Source of the DNA: a virus
Length of the DNA stretch: 64,000 nucleotides
Virus record (IMG/VR): IMGVR_UViG_3300028394_000035
Strand: one strand, 5' to 3'
The position numbers and the translations under genes are program-made. Of this stretch, positions 38,969-48,426 are shown one piece after another. The notes below the pieces were generated by a model. It ran no database searches and was not told the DNA's origin. It saw only the letters and a program-made list of their open reading frames with translations. How positions within the stretch are numbered: position 1 is the stretch's first letter; each line of letters starts with the position of its first letter.

Positions 38969-40741
38969 ATGGCAAAACTTAAGTCTGGTACTAGAATTTA
39001 CGGAACAGCAACGATTGATACAAGTGTTGTTGTAGGTTCTGCCGTAACATTAAGTTCTTCTGGTATTCAAGTTACTGGTATTAGTACTTTAGGTGTTACT
39101 AGTGCAACCAACTTAACATCACAACAGTTAAATGTTTCTGGTATTAGTACTTTAGGTGTTACTAGTGCAACCAACTTAACATCACAACAGTTAAATGTTT
39201 CTGGTGTTTCTACATTCGTTAATGGGCCCATATTAGTAGGAACGGGAACCTCAACAGGAACAGCATCACAACCACTTCAGGTGACTGGTGGTGCTTATGT
39301 ATCTGGTAATCTTGGAGTTGGAACCACAAATCCAGCATATCCTTTACAAGTTCAGGGTAATGCAAGAGTTACTGGTGCTATCTATGATTCTACAAATGCT
39401 CCCGGAACAACAGGTCAGGTTCTTCAGTCAACTATAACTGGAACTTTATGGGCAACTGCTGCTGCTGGTGGTGGTGGTTCTGGTAAGTTTGATACATCGA
39501 TTGATAATGTAATTTATGTTCAACCAACAGGAACATTAGATATTGTTGGTGTAGGTACAACAACCACTCAAATCACAACATTACCATCAGGTTCAAATAA
39601 GTATTTGATTCATTCACTACACGTTACAAATGTATCTAATGGTGATGCAGAAATAACTGCTGGTTTTGTATTGAATGCAAGAAAAGTTCCAGCAACAATC
39701 TCAGTCAGTGTTGGTTCTAGTGGTGGTCCAGGTATTCATACATTCACCGTAGGTTCTGCAAGTAGCATTACTGTTGGTATGGCAGTCACTGGTACTGGTA
39801 ATATTGGTGAAACGACAGGTATTGGTTCTACTGCTGGATTCCAGTTTAATACTTATGTAACCAGTGTAGACGGAACTACTATTACATTAAGCAAACCGAT
39901 GAGTGGTTATGCAACTGGTACTTTATTCTTCTCACCAATATCTAAAGTTTCATCAAGACTTCCAGTTCCTGTTGGTTCTGCTGTTGAATTACTGAAACAA
40001 CCGATGATTTTGAATGCATTAGACAGTATTGTGCTACAATCTACTGGTGCAGGTTCTGGTATTGGTTCAACATCAACGGCAGCAATTACCCAAGCAGGAA
40101 ACTCTAACATTCTTACAGTTGCCGCAGGTGCTGCGATTACAAACTTCCTTTCTTCTGGAATGTTAATTCAACCAACTGGTAATAATACTGGCATTCAAAC
40201 TAATACTTTTGTGGGTGTTGGTTATACTCCTGGTGCATTATCAATTCCTATGACAAGACCAACAACAGTAGCACTTGCATCCACATCACTTTCATTCACA
40301 GAAGTTGTTACACCCCAAGACGGTGCATTACAAGTCACTGTTGTTTATCAATCATCAACCGATACTTCCTATCTCAATGGTACTGGAACTGTTGTTGCTA
40401 TTTCTTCAAATACTACATCAGTAACTGCAGGCCTCTCAACAATTCCTGTTGCTTATTATTCAACAGGAACTTCCTTCCCATCAGTCGTTCAGTCCATAAG
40501 AGTTTCAAATATCTCTGATGGTTCTATCTATCCTGGTGGTGATTATCCAGTCTCCGTAGGTATTGGTAATAGTGATACAATATTCTCTTGGTTGGCATAT
40601 AATATGGTAATTCCAAAGAACTCTTCAATTGAACTTTGCGAAGCACCAAAAAGATTGGGAATCGGACAATCTATCTTTGCATCATCAAGCACACCAAACG
40701 CAATAGAAATACAAATCGCAGGAAAACAAAAAACTTCTTAA
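38969..40741 (+). CDS. Tail-associated protein with fibre repeats and two domains related to the 6654/24080 family
   Basis: Two copies of the 21-aa repeat; IHSLHVTNVS...PVGSAVELL.QP and VQSIRVSNIS...IPKNSSIELC..P domains. Confidence 0.6.
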   Translation: MAKLKSGTRIYGTATIDTSVVVGSAVTLSSSGIQVTGISTLGVTSATNLTSQQLNVSGISTLGVTSATNLTSQQLNVSGVSTFVNGPILVGTGTSTGTASQPLQVTGGAYVSGNLGVGTTNPAYPLQVQGNARVTGAIYDSTNAPGTTGQVLQSTITGTLWATAAAGGGGSGKFDTSIDNVIYVQPTGTLDIVGVGTTTTQITTLPSGSNKYLIHSLHVTNVSNGDAEITAGFVLNARKVPATISVSVGSSGGPGIHTFTVGSASSITVGMAVTGTGNIGETTGIGSTAGFQFNTYVTSVDGTTITLSKPMSGYATGTLFFSPISKVSSRLPVPVGSAVELLKQPMILNALDSIVLQSTGAGSGIGSTSTAAITQAGNSNILTVAAGAAITNFLSSGMLIQPTGNNTGIQTNTFVGVGYTPGALSIPMTRPTTVALASTSLSFTEVVTPQDGALQVTVVYQSSTDTSYLNGTGTVVAISSNTTSVTAGLSTIPVAYYSTGTSFPSVVQSIRVSNISDGSIYPGGDYPVSVGIGNSDTIFSWLAYNMVIPKNSSIELCEAPKRLGIGQSIFASSSTPNAIEIQIAGKQKTS

Positions 40742-40744
40742 TTT

Positions 40745-41398
40745 ATGAGTATTCTTATATCATTACCTTGTTATGGTGGATTGGTGAATGAAAAAACCAC
40801 CACATCACTTTTCAATCTTGGTAAACTTTTAGTTCGTAATAATATAGACCACGGAATAATGACTGTTGCAAATGAGTCTTTGATTACTCACGGACGGTCA
40901 AGAATTGCAAACTTCTTTGTGAATAATACAGAGTTTGAGTATCTGTTCTGTCTGGATGCTGATGTTGCATTTTCACCAGAAGATATGTTGAAGTTATATT
41001 CATATCAAAAACCAATTGTGTCTGCATCTTATCCTATGAAGACACTCCCAATACGACACTGTTATGAACTTTATAATCCTGTAAAGTTATGTGGAAATCT
41101 TGTGAAGATTGGTGGAATTGGTATGGGTTTTGTATTAATTCATAGAAGTGTCTTTGAGAAACTAAATAAACATTATAGTGAATTAAAGTATTTTCCAGGA
41201 TTGAATAATTCAAACTATCCAATTACTGAAAAAGAATATCATAATTCATATCACTACTTTGCCGAAATGAATAAGGAAGGAAAATACTTGGGAGAAGATA
41301 TGAGTTTCTTTCATCGTGTAAGTGATATTGGTTATGATGTTTGGATGGATACAAGTATAGAATTACAGCACATCGGTTCTCACGTATTCGGTAAGTAA
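40745..41398 (+). CDS. GT-A fold glycosyltransferase-like protein
   Basis: ISLPCYGG, R.RIANFF, LFCLDAD (DxD), GMGFVLIHRSVF, GEDMSF, IELQHIG. Confidence 0.75.
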   Translation: MSILISLPCYGGLVNEKTTTSLFNLGKLLVRNNIDHGIMTVANESLITHGRSRIANFFVNNTEFEYLFCLDADVAFSPEDMLKLYSYQKPIVSASYPMKTLPIRHCYELYNPVKLCGNLVKIGGIGMGFVLIHRSVFEKLNKHYSELKYFPGLNNSNYPITEKEYHNSYHYFAEMNKEGKYLGEDMSFFHRVSDIGYDVWMDTSIELQHIGSHVFGK

Positions 41399-41400
41399 AA

Positions 41401-43257
41401 ATGGCAATTGGAGTATTTGGTCTACAAGTTGCTTATAGATTGAAGAGACTTGAGGTGATGAGTCTTGATGATACTTACGGTTGGTTTGGTGGCGGACAGA
41501 ATTTTCCAACAACATATTCAACAGTAGGCCGTATAGATTTCTCTAATGATACTGGAACTGCAAATATTAGAGGTCCTTTAAGTTCAGTAAGATATTCATT
41601 AGGAGCAACAGGAAACTCTAACTATGGTTGGTTTGGTGGTGGTTATGTTCCAGGAACTCCAACAGGTACAGTAGTAGCAACAGTAGATCGTATAGATTTC
41701 TCTAATGATTCTGCAACAGCATCTCCAAGAGGTCCATTAAGTTTAGTAAGGAGACAATTAGCAGCAACAGGAAATTCTAATTATGGTTGGTTTGGTGGTG
41801 GTGGATCATTATCCATAGTAGACCGTATAGATTTCTCTAATGATTCTGGAACAGCATCCCCAAGAGGTCCATTAAGTTTAGCAAGAAATACTTTAGTAGC
41901 AACAGGAAACTCTAACTATGGTTGGTTTGCTGGTGGAAGAACTATATCAACAGTAGATCGTATAGATTTCTCTAATGATTCTTCCACAGCATCAATAAGA
42001 AGTCCGTTAAGTGCAACAAGACAAAATTTAGCAGCAACAGGAAACTCTAACTATGGTTGGTTTGGTGGTGGTGGTGGTCCATTAGCAACAGTAGAGCGTA
42101 TAGATTTTTCTAATGATTTGGCAACAATATTACCAAGAGGTCCATTAAGTTTAGCAAGAAGAGAATTGGCAGCAACAGGAAACTCTAACTATGGTTGGTT
42201 TGGTGGCGGTAATTTTCCAGCAATAGTATCAACAGTAGACCGTATAGATTTCTCAAATGATTCTTCAACAGCATCAGTTAGAGGTCCATTAAGTTCTTCT
42301 GCGTATCGTTCAGCAGCAACATCAGGACAAGCAAAAGGACCAGCAATCAAACTGCAAAAAGCAGGGAATTATGGTTGGTTTGGTGGCGGATCTCCTTCTA
42401 GTGGAGTATCAACAGTAGATCGTATAGATTTCTCTAATGATTCTGTATCAGCATCACCAAGAGGTTCATTGTCCTCCTCACAAAGTTCTTTAGCAGCAAC
42501 AGGAAACTCCAACTATGGTTGGTTTGGTGGTGGATTTGCTTCTCCATCATCATCTATATCAATAGTAAGCCGCATAGATTTTTCTAATGATTTTTCTACA
42601 GCATTAGGAAGAGGTGCATTAAGTTTAGCAAGAAATTATTTGGGAGCAACAGGAAACTCTAATTATGGTTGGTTTGGTGGCGGTTCAGTTGGCACAGGAT
42701 CTGGAATATCAACAGTAGATCGTATAGATTTCTCAAATGATTCTCCAACAGCATTATCAAGAGGTCTATTATTTGCAAGAAGTAAAGTATCTGCAACAGG
42801 AAACTCTAACTATGGTTGGTTTGGTGGTGGTGGTCCAGGATCATTGGCAACAGTAGACCGTATAGATTTCTCCAATGATTTAGCAACAGCATCACCAAGA
42901 GGTCCATTAAGTTTAGCAAGATCAAGCACATCTGCAACAGGAAACTCCAACTATGGTTGGTTTGGTGGTGGAGACAATGGAGCATTATCTGCATATTCAA
43001 TAGTAGACCGTATCAATTTCTCCAATGATTCTGTAGCAGCAGTAGCAAGAGGTCAATTAGTTGTTGCGAGATATTACTCATCAGCAACAGGAAACTCTAA
43101 CTATGGTTGGTGGGGTGGAGGTGAATTTGGTGGTGGTTCTCAAACATCAACAGTAGAACGTATAGATTTCTCTAATGATTTGGCAACAGCATCACAAAAA
43201 AGTCCATTATTTTTGCAAAGAAATCAATTAGCAGCAACATCAAACACCCCAACATAA
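41401..43257 (+). CDS. Kelch-like double beta-propeller protein 1 (2 x 6 repeats)
   Basis: 12 copies of ATGNSNYGWFGGG-loop-STVDRIDFSND..ASPRGPLS.AR..LA with a linker after repeat 6. Confidence 0.8.
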   Translation: MAIGVFGLQVAYRLKRLEVMSLDDTYGWFGGGQNFPTTYSTVGRIDFSNDTGTANIRGPLSSVRYSLGATGNSNYGWFGGGYVPGTPTGTVVATVDRIDFSNDSATASPRGPLSLVRRQLAATGNSNYGWFGGGGSLSIVDRIDFSNDSGTASPRGPLSLARNTLVATGNSNYGWFAGGRTISTVDRIDFSNDSSTASIRSPLSATRQNLAATGNSNYGWFGGGGGPLATVERIDFSNDLATILPRGPLSLARRELAATGNSNYGWFGGGNFPAIVSTVDRIDFSNDSSTASVRGPLSSSAYRSAATSGQAKGPAIKLQKAGNYGWFGGGSPSSGVSTVDRIDFSNDSVSASPRGSLSSSQSSLAATGNSNYGWFGGGFASPSSSISIVSRIDFSNDFSTALGRGALSLARNYLGATGNSNYGWFGGGSVGTGSGISTVDRIDFSNDSPTALSRGLLFARSKVSATGNSNYGWFGGGGPGSLATVDRIDFSNDLATASPRGPLSLARSSTSATGNSNYGWFGGGDNGALSAYSIVDRINFSNDSVAAVARGQLVVARYYSSATGNSNYGWWGGGEFGGGSQTSTVERIDFSNDLATASQKSPLFLQRNQLAATSNTPT

Positions 43258-43281
43258 ATACTTGAAACTACATTATTACTG

Positions 43282-43890
43282 ATGAAGCAGAACATTATTA
43301 TTGTTGATAATTTCTATGAGAATCCATATGAAGTTCGTCAATATGCACTAAATCTTGAGTATCCACAACCAGAAAATCATACATATCCAGGTAGAAACTC
43401 AAAAGGAACTTTCTACAATCAAGAGATTCACGATAAGTTTGAGAATCTGATTGGAAGACATTTAGTTCCTGCTGATTGTGGTAATCACGGAGACTTTAGA
43501 TTATCATTAGAAGCAGATACATTTCAACAAGATATTCATATTGACCCAATCTGGGAATGGGGTTGTGTTCTTTATATGAATCTACCTCATCAGGTTATTG
43601 ATGAGGCAGGAACATCTTTCTGGAAACATAAAAAACTGGGATGGGAAAGATGCCCTGAAAGAGAAGAAGCATCTTGGTTTGGTTATAGTTCTTATGATGA
43701 AATCCGTGATGGCATTATCTACGGTGATGGACTTGACCGTTCCAAGTGGGAGAGATACTGTTTGGCAAATATGAAGTATAATAGAGCAGTTATATTTGAC
43801 CCAAAACTCTGGCACTCGCACGGAGCAAACTTTGGAGATAGTTTAGAAAATGGTAGATTAGTTCAATTGTTCTTCTTTAATAATGCATAA
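43282..43890 (+). CDS. 2OG-Fe(II) oxygenase-like protein (DUF6445-like)
   Basis: IIIVDNFYENP..VR..AL, IHID (HxD), GCVLYM, GTSFW, YNRAVIF...WHS. Confidence 0.75.
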   Translation: MKQNIIIVDNFYENPYEVRQYALNLEYPQPENHTYPGRNSKGTFYNQEIHDKFENLIGRHLVPADCGNHGDFRLSLEADTFQQDIHIDPIWEWGCVLYMNLPHQVIDEAGTSFWKHKKLGWERCPEREEASWFGYSSYDEIRDGIIYGDGLDRSKWERYCLANMKYNRAVIFDPKLWHSHGANFGDSLENGRLVQLFFFNNA

Positions 43891-44713
43891 GACTTATTTT
43901 TTTGAGAGTGGATTACCTCGTTCTGGTTCTACATTACTTTCTGCAATTCTAAATCAAAATCCAGACATCCACTGCGGTGCGATTTCTCCTGTATTGGAGA
44001 TTATGTATTATACAGAGCAATACTTTGAAGGTTCAGAGCAGGCACTTGCATATCCAAAACCAGCACAGCATTATAAGATTATTTCAAGTGTGATTGATAA
44101 TTATTATGATGATATTGATAAACCAATCGTAGTGGATAAGTGCCGTGCTTGGCCCAATAATGTTGACCGACTACAAGAATACATCACAAAGACTCCAAAA
44201 ATTCTGTGCCCTGTAAGAGATGTAGTAGAGATTCTTGCATCTTTTATTCAAATGATTCATCGCAATTCCAATCAAGTATCATTCGTAGATAAGGCACTCA
44301 TAGAGAAGGGATATGAACCAACAGATGATAATAGGTGTGATTACCTAATGTGCCCCGAAGGTATTGTAGACCAGTCCTTATATGCCTTTGGAGAGGGGTT
44401 TAATAAAGGTTGTGAGAAGTATATGCATATGATTGAGTATAATGACTTGGTGAATCGTCCAGAAGAGACGATGCACAAGGTTTATAAGTTTTTAGAGATT
44501 CCTGAATACAAACACGACTTTGGAAATGTAAGTCATAAATACAGGGAGAGAGATGATGAGGTTTACGGATTGAGTGATATGCACGAAGTTCGTAAGCAAG
44601 TGAAAAGAACTTCTAAAAGACCTGAAGAAGTTTTGAGTGATTATGTATTGAATAAGTATTCTGGTATGGAATTTTGGAGAAAGGCAAAACAACCCATCAG
44701 CCTTTTCATATAA
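43883..44713 (+). CDS. Sulfotransferase family protein
   Basis: FFESGLPRSGSTLLSAILNQNP (PAPS-binding loop), VRDVVEILASF, IEYNDLV..PEETM.KVY.FL. Confidence 0.85.
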   Translation: MHKTYFFESGLPRSGSTLLSAILNQNPDIHCGAISPVLEIMYYTEQYFEGSEQALAYPKPAQHYKIISSVIDNYYDDIDKPIVVDKCRAWPNNVDRLQEYITKTPKILCPVRDVVEILASFIQMIHRNSNQVSFVDKALIEKGYEPTDDNRCDYLMCPEGIVDQSLYAFGEGFNKGCEKYMHMIEYNDLVNRPEETMHKVYKFLEIPEYKHDFGNVSHKYRERDDEVYGLSDMHEVRKQVKRTSKRPEEVLSDYVLNKYSGMEFWRKAKQPISLFI

Positions 44714-44717
44714 TTAA

Positions 44718-46676
44718 ATGACTATCAATAATAACAATATATTTGGTGTATTTACTCTTAATGAAGCAAGAGGGTCAAGACTGACTGGTGATTGGTTGAA
44801 TAAAGAGTTTGTTGCGAATTATGGTTGGTTTGGTGGTGGTTCTCTGGGCACTTCACCAGTAACAGTATCATCAAGAGTAGACCGTATAGATTTCTCTAAT
44901 GATTCTGTATCGGCATCACCAAGAAGTCCATTAAGTTTAGCAAGATATGGTTCAGCAGCAACAGGAAACTCTAATTATGGTTGGTTTGGTGGGGGTTATT
45001 ATCCTGCTCCTCTACTAGCAGATCCTCCTTATCTATCAACAGTGGATCGTATAGATTTCTCTAATGATTCTTCAACTGCACCAATAAAAGGTCCATTAAG
45101 TTTAGCAAGAGTTAGTTCCGCAGCAACAGGAAACTCTAATTATGGTTGGTTTGGTGGAGGTAATTATTACCCTTCTGGTGGTCCTATTCCAAAAACATCA
45201 TCAGTAGACCGTATAGATTTTTCAAATGATGCTTCCACGGCATCACCAAGAGGTTCATTAAGCGCAGCAAGATATGGGTTAGCAGCAACAGGAAACTCTA
45301 ATTATGGTTGGTTCGGTGGTGGTTTTCTTCCTGGATCAACATCAACAGTAGATCGTATAGATTTCTCTAATGATACTTCCACGGCATCACCAAGAAGTCC
45401 ATTAAGTTTAGCAAGATCTTCTTTAGCAGCAACAGGAAACTCTAATTATGGTTGGTTTGGTGGTGGTGGTCCTGGACCAGTATCAAGAGTAGACCGTATA
45501 GATTTCTCAAATGATTTAGCAACAGCAACAGCAAGAGGTCCATTAAGTGCAGTAAGATCTTCTTTAGCAGCAACAGGAAACTCTAACTATGGTTGGTTTG
45601 GTGGTGGTTATACTCCAACAACAGTATCAACAGTAAACCGTATAGATTTTTCTAATGATTCTTCCACGGCATCACCAAGAAGTCCATTAAGTTTAGCAAG
45701 GGCTTCAACTTCAGCAACCTCAGGAGTTCTCAATATTCGCAGACAAAAAGCAGGGAATTTTGGTTGGTTTGGTGGTGGTTCAGCTCCTGGTCTACAACCA
45801 ACCAATAGATCTTCAGTAGACCGTATAGATTTTTCTAATGATTCTTCCACAGCATCACCAAGAGGAAATATATTAAGTGCAGCAAGATATAATCTAGCAG
45901 CAACAGGAAACTCTAACTATGGTTGGTTTGGTGGTGGTTATTCCTTTCCACCAGCAACAAGACATTCACTAGTAGACCGTATAGATTTCTCAAATGATTC
46001 TGCAACGGCATCAGTAAGAGGTCCATTAAGTACAATAAAGATGAATTCAACTGCAACAGGAAACTCTAATTATAGTTGGTTTTTTGGTGGAAAGATTACT
46101 ATTAGTCCACAAACAACAACAGCAATAGTAGACCGCATAGATTTCTCAAATGATTCTGTAACGGCATCACCAAGAGGTCCATTAAGTGTATCAAGATATG
46201 GTTTAGCAGCAACAGGAAACTCTAACTATGGTTGGTTTGCTGGTGGTTCTGATAATTCATTTGTTGATTATTCAAGAATAGATCGTATAGATTTCTCGAA
46301 TGATAATGGAACAGCATCACTAAGAAGTGTATTAAGTGGTTCAAAATATAATCTAGCAGCAACAGGAAACTCTAATTATGGTTGGTTCGGTGGCGGTATT
46401 CCTGGACCAGGTTCAATTTCAAAAATAGATCGTATAGATTTTTCAAATGATACTGCAGGAATACTGTCAAGGGGTCTATTAAATGTAGCAAGAAGAAATT
46501 TAGCAGCAACAGGAAATTCCAATTATGGTTGGTTTGGTGGTGGAGATGCTTTTCCTGCAAAGTATTCAACAGTAGAACGTATCAATTTCTCTAATGATTC
46601 TATATCAGCATTGCCAAGAGGATTATTAAATACAGAAAAATTGGGTTTAGCAGCAACCTCAAACACTAACAAATAA
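44718..46676 (+). CDS. Kelch-like double beta-propeller protein 2 (2 x 6 repeats)
   Basis: 12 copies of the same repeat with different loops. Confidence 0.8.
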   Translation: MTINNNNIFGVFTLNEARGSRLTGDWLNKEFVANYGWFGGGSLGTSPVTVSSRVDRIDFSNDSVSASPRSPLSLARYGSAATGNSNYGWFGGGYYPAPLLADPPYLSTVDRIDFSNDSSTAPIKGPLSLARVSSAATGNSNYGWFGGGNYYPSGGPIPKTSSVDRIDFSNDASTASPRGSLSAARYGLAATGNSNYGWFGGGFLPGSTSTVDRIDFSNDTSTASPRSPLSLARSSLAATGNSNYGWFGGGGPGPVSRVDRIDFSNDLATATARGPLSAVRSSLAATGNSNYGWFGGGYTPTTVSTVNRIDFSNDSSTASPRSPLSLARASTSATSGVLNIRRQKAGNFGWFGGGSAPGLQPTNRSSVDRIDFSNDSSTASPRGNILSAARYNLAATGNSNYGWFGGGYSFPPATRHSLVDRIDFSNDSATASVRGPLSTIKMNSTATGNSNYSWFFGGKITISPQTTTAIVDRIDFSNDSVTASPRGPLSVSRYGLAATGNSNYGWFAGGSDNSFVDYSRIDRIDFSNDNGTASLRSVLSGSKYNLAATGNSNYGWFGGGIPGPGSISKIDRIDFSNDTAGILSRGLLNVARRNLAATGNSNYGWFGGGDAFPAKYSTVERINFSNDSISALPRGLLNTEKLGLAATSNTNK

Positions 46677-46681
46677 ATATT

Positions 46682-48415
46682 ATGAAATCAGGAGCAAGTG
46701 AAAGTTCTTATTTTTTTCTTGAAGAATATTATAAGTTTCCAGAAAATATTATAGTTTCTCATTTACCACAAGAACTTCAACAATCAAATAAACCAATTAA
46801 AATTTTATGGTCGCAACATTCTTACGACCAACCAGTATATCTTAACTTTGATTTTTCAATTTGTGATTTAATTGTCTCTCCATCCAACTGGTGTCGAGAG
46901 CAGTTTATTAAGTATCATCACATTCCAGAAGATAAAATCGTCACAATTCCAACAGGAGTATCAAAGCAATTCACATACTCATCAAAAAAATCAAAGACAT
47001 TCATTTATACTTCCATACCATATAAAGGTCTTGAAGTATTAGCACAAATCATTCCACATATTCCAGAGGCAACATTCAAGATTTTTTCTGCGATGAATCT
47101 TTATGATATTACAGAAGACCCATACACAGAACTTTATGAGTATCTCAAATCACTTCCAAATGTAATATACTCACCAGCAGTAGACCAAGCAGAACTGATA
47201 GAGCACTTGCAGGATGCAGCATTCTTTATTCATCCAAACATCTGGGAAGAAACATTCTGTGTTTCTCTTGCAGAGGCTATGTCTTGTGGATGCTTTCCAA
47301 TTCTTACAGATATTGGAGCACTTCCAGAAGTTTCTAATGAGATTGCAAATATTGTTCCTATGGAAGGAACAAGAACTTCAAGTGGGTATAAAATAACAAA
47401 TAACTTCCTAAATAACTTTATAGATGCCTGTAAATCTGCATTATATTTCTTTGATACTGATAGGCAGTACTACGACCAAATTTCAAAATCTGTTTCACGT
47501 TATGCTACTGAAACTTATGATTGGAAAAAAATTGCAAACGTTTGGAAACAAACATTAGAACCATTTAATACACAAACTATGACTGAAAATTGTAACCAAC
47601 TGCAAATTATTTCCCCAGAGGAAGCAGTAAATAACGAAAAATACCTACAACAAGCATTTGAAGAAGTGCTTCGTTGGGAAGATGCAGATAAAGAACTCGC
47701 ACAAGGAAGAACCAATTTCCAGATTGAGAAGTTCTTTCTGTTAGAGCAATACACAGTTCCAGCAGCATTCCAAGCAGCAATCAAGAATCGTCGTATTCTT
47801 GCCGAAGGTTATATGCAGAAACTGATTGAGATGAAAGAAAAGGTTCGTGAGTTTGAGTATCGTTGGAAAGGTAAGAATACTGATGAACCCGTAGAGTGGA
47901 ATACTTCTGGACCTAATGGTGGTTCAACAAAACTCTACTGGCACGATTTGGATTCAATCTCAACTCAAAACTACTTGAAGTCTTGTGAGTTGGAGATTCG
48001 TGACCGCATTCAGCAAATGAATTTCTTTGATAAGATTATTAACAAACTGATTGAACTGAATGGTGGTAAGACAGTCACCAAAGAACAGTTTGAGAATGAG
48101 GACCATATCTATTGGGAACGCAGATTTGCCGAGCAATCTCTGGATGAAATGGTAAGTTCCAAGACTGGTATTAGTATTGGTAATCTTCACTCTATGAGAA
48201 GAGGAACTGCTCCTACATTAGTGAGTGATGATGCAAACAGAATCAAGAATGGTTATGGAGCTCTTGCCGATGCAATTAATGACCCTGATAAGTTCTTGAA
48301 TACACTACAAGAGAAAGTTCTTCGTGGTATTGAAGAAGTGACGAATACTGATTTAGGTTTGCTTGCACCTGGAGCAGAACAGCATCAACAACTTTTAGAA
48401 TCCAGAAACTCATAA
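46682..48415 (+). CDS. GT4 (GT-B) glycosyltransferase fused to a C-terminal helical domain
   Basis: FIYTSIPYKGL, IHPNIWEETFCVSLAEAMSCGC..ILTDIGALPE (EX7E). About 280-aa charged helical C-terminal region. Confidence 0.8.
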   Translation: MKSGASESSYFFLEEYYKFPENIIVSHLPQELQQSNKPIKILWSQHSYDQPVYLNFDFSICDLIVSPSNWCREQFIKYHHIPEDKIVTIPTGVSKQFTYSSKKSKTFIYTSIPYKGLEVLAQIIPHIPEATFKIFSAMNLYDITEDPYTELYEYLKSLPNVIYSPAVDQAELIEHLQDAAFFIHPNIWEETFCVSLAEAMSCGCFPILTDIGALPEVSNEIANIVPMEGTRTSSGYKITNNFLNNFIDACKSALYFFDTDRQYYDQISKSVSRYATETYDWKKIANVWKQTLEPFNTQTMTENCNQLQIISPEEAVNNEKYLQQAFEEVLRWEDADKELAQGRTNFQIEKFFLLEQYTVPAAFQAAIKNRRILAEGYMQKLIEMKEKVREFEYRWKGKNTDEPVEWNTSGPNGGSTKLYWHDLDSISTQNYLKSCELEIRDRIQQMNFFDKIINKLIELNGGKTVTKEQFENEDHIYWERRFAEQSLDEMVSSKTGISIGNLHSMRRGTAPTLVSDDANRIKNGYGALADAINDPDKFLNTLQEKVLRGIEEVTNTDLGLLAPGAEQHQQLLESRNS

Positions 48416-48426
48416 GGAGAAAGTAG

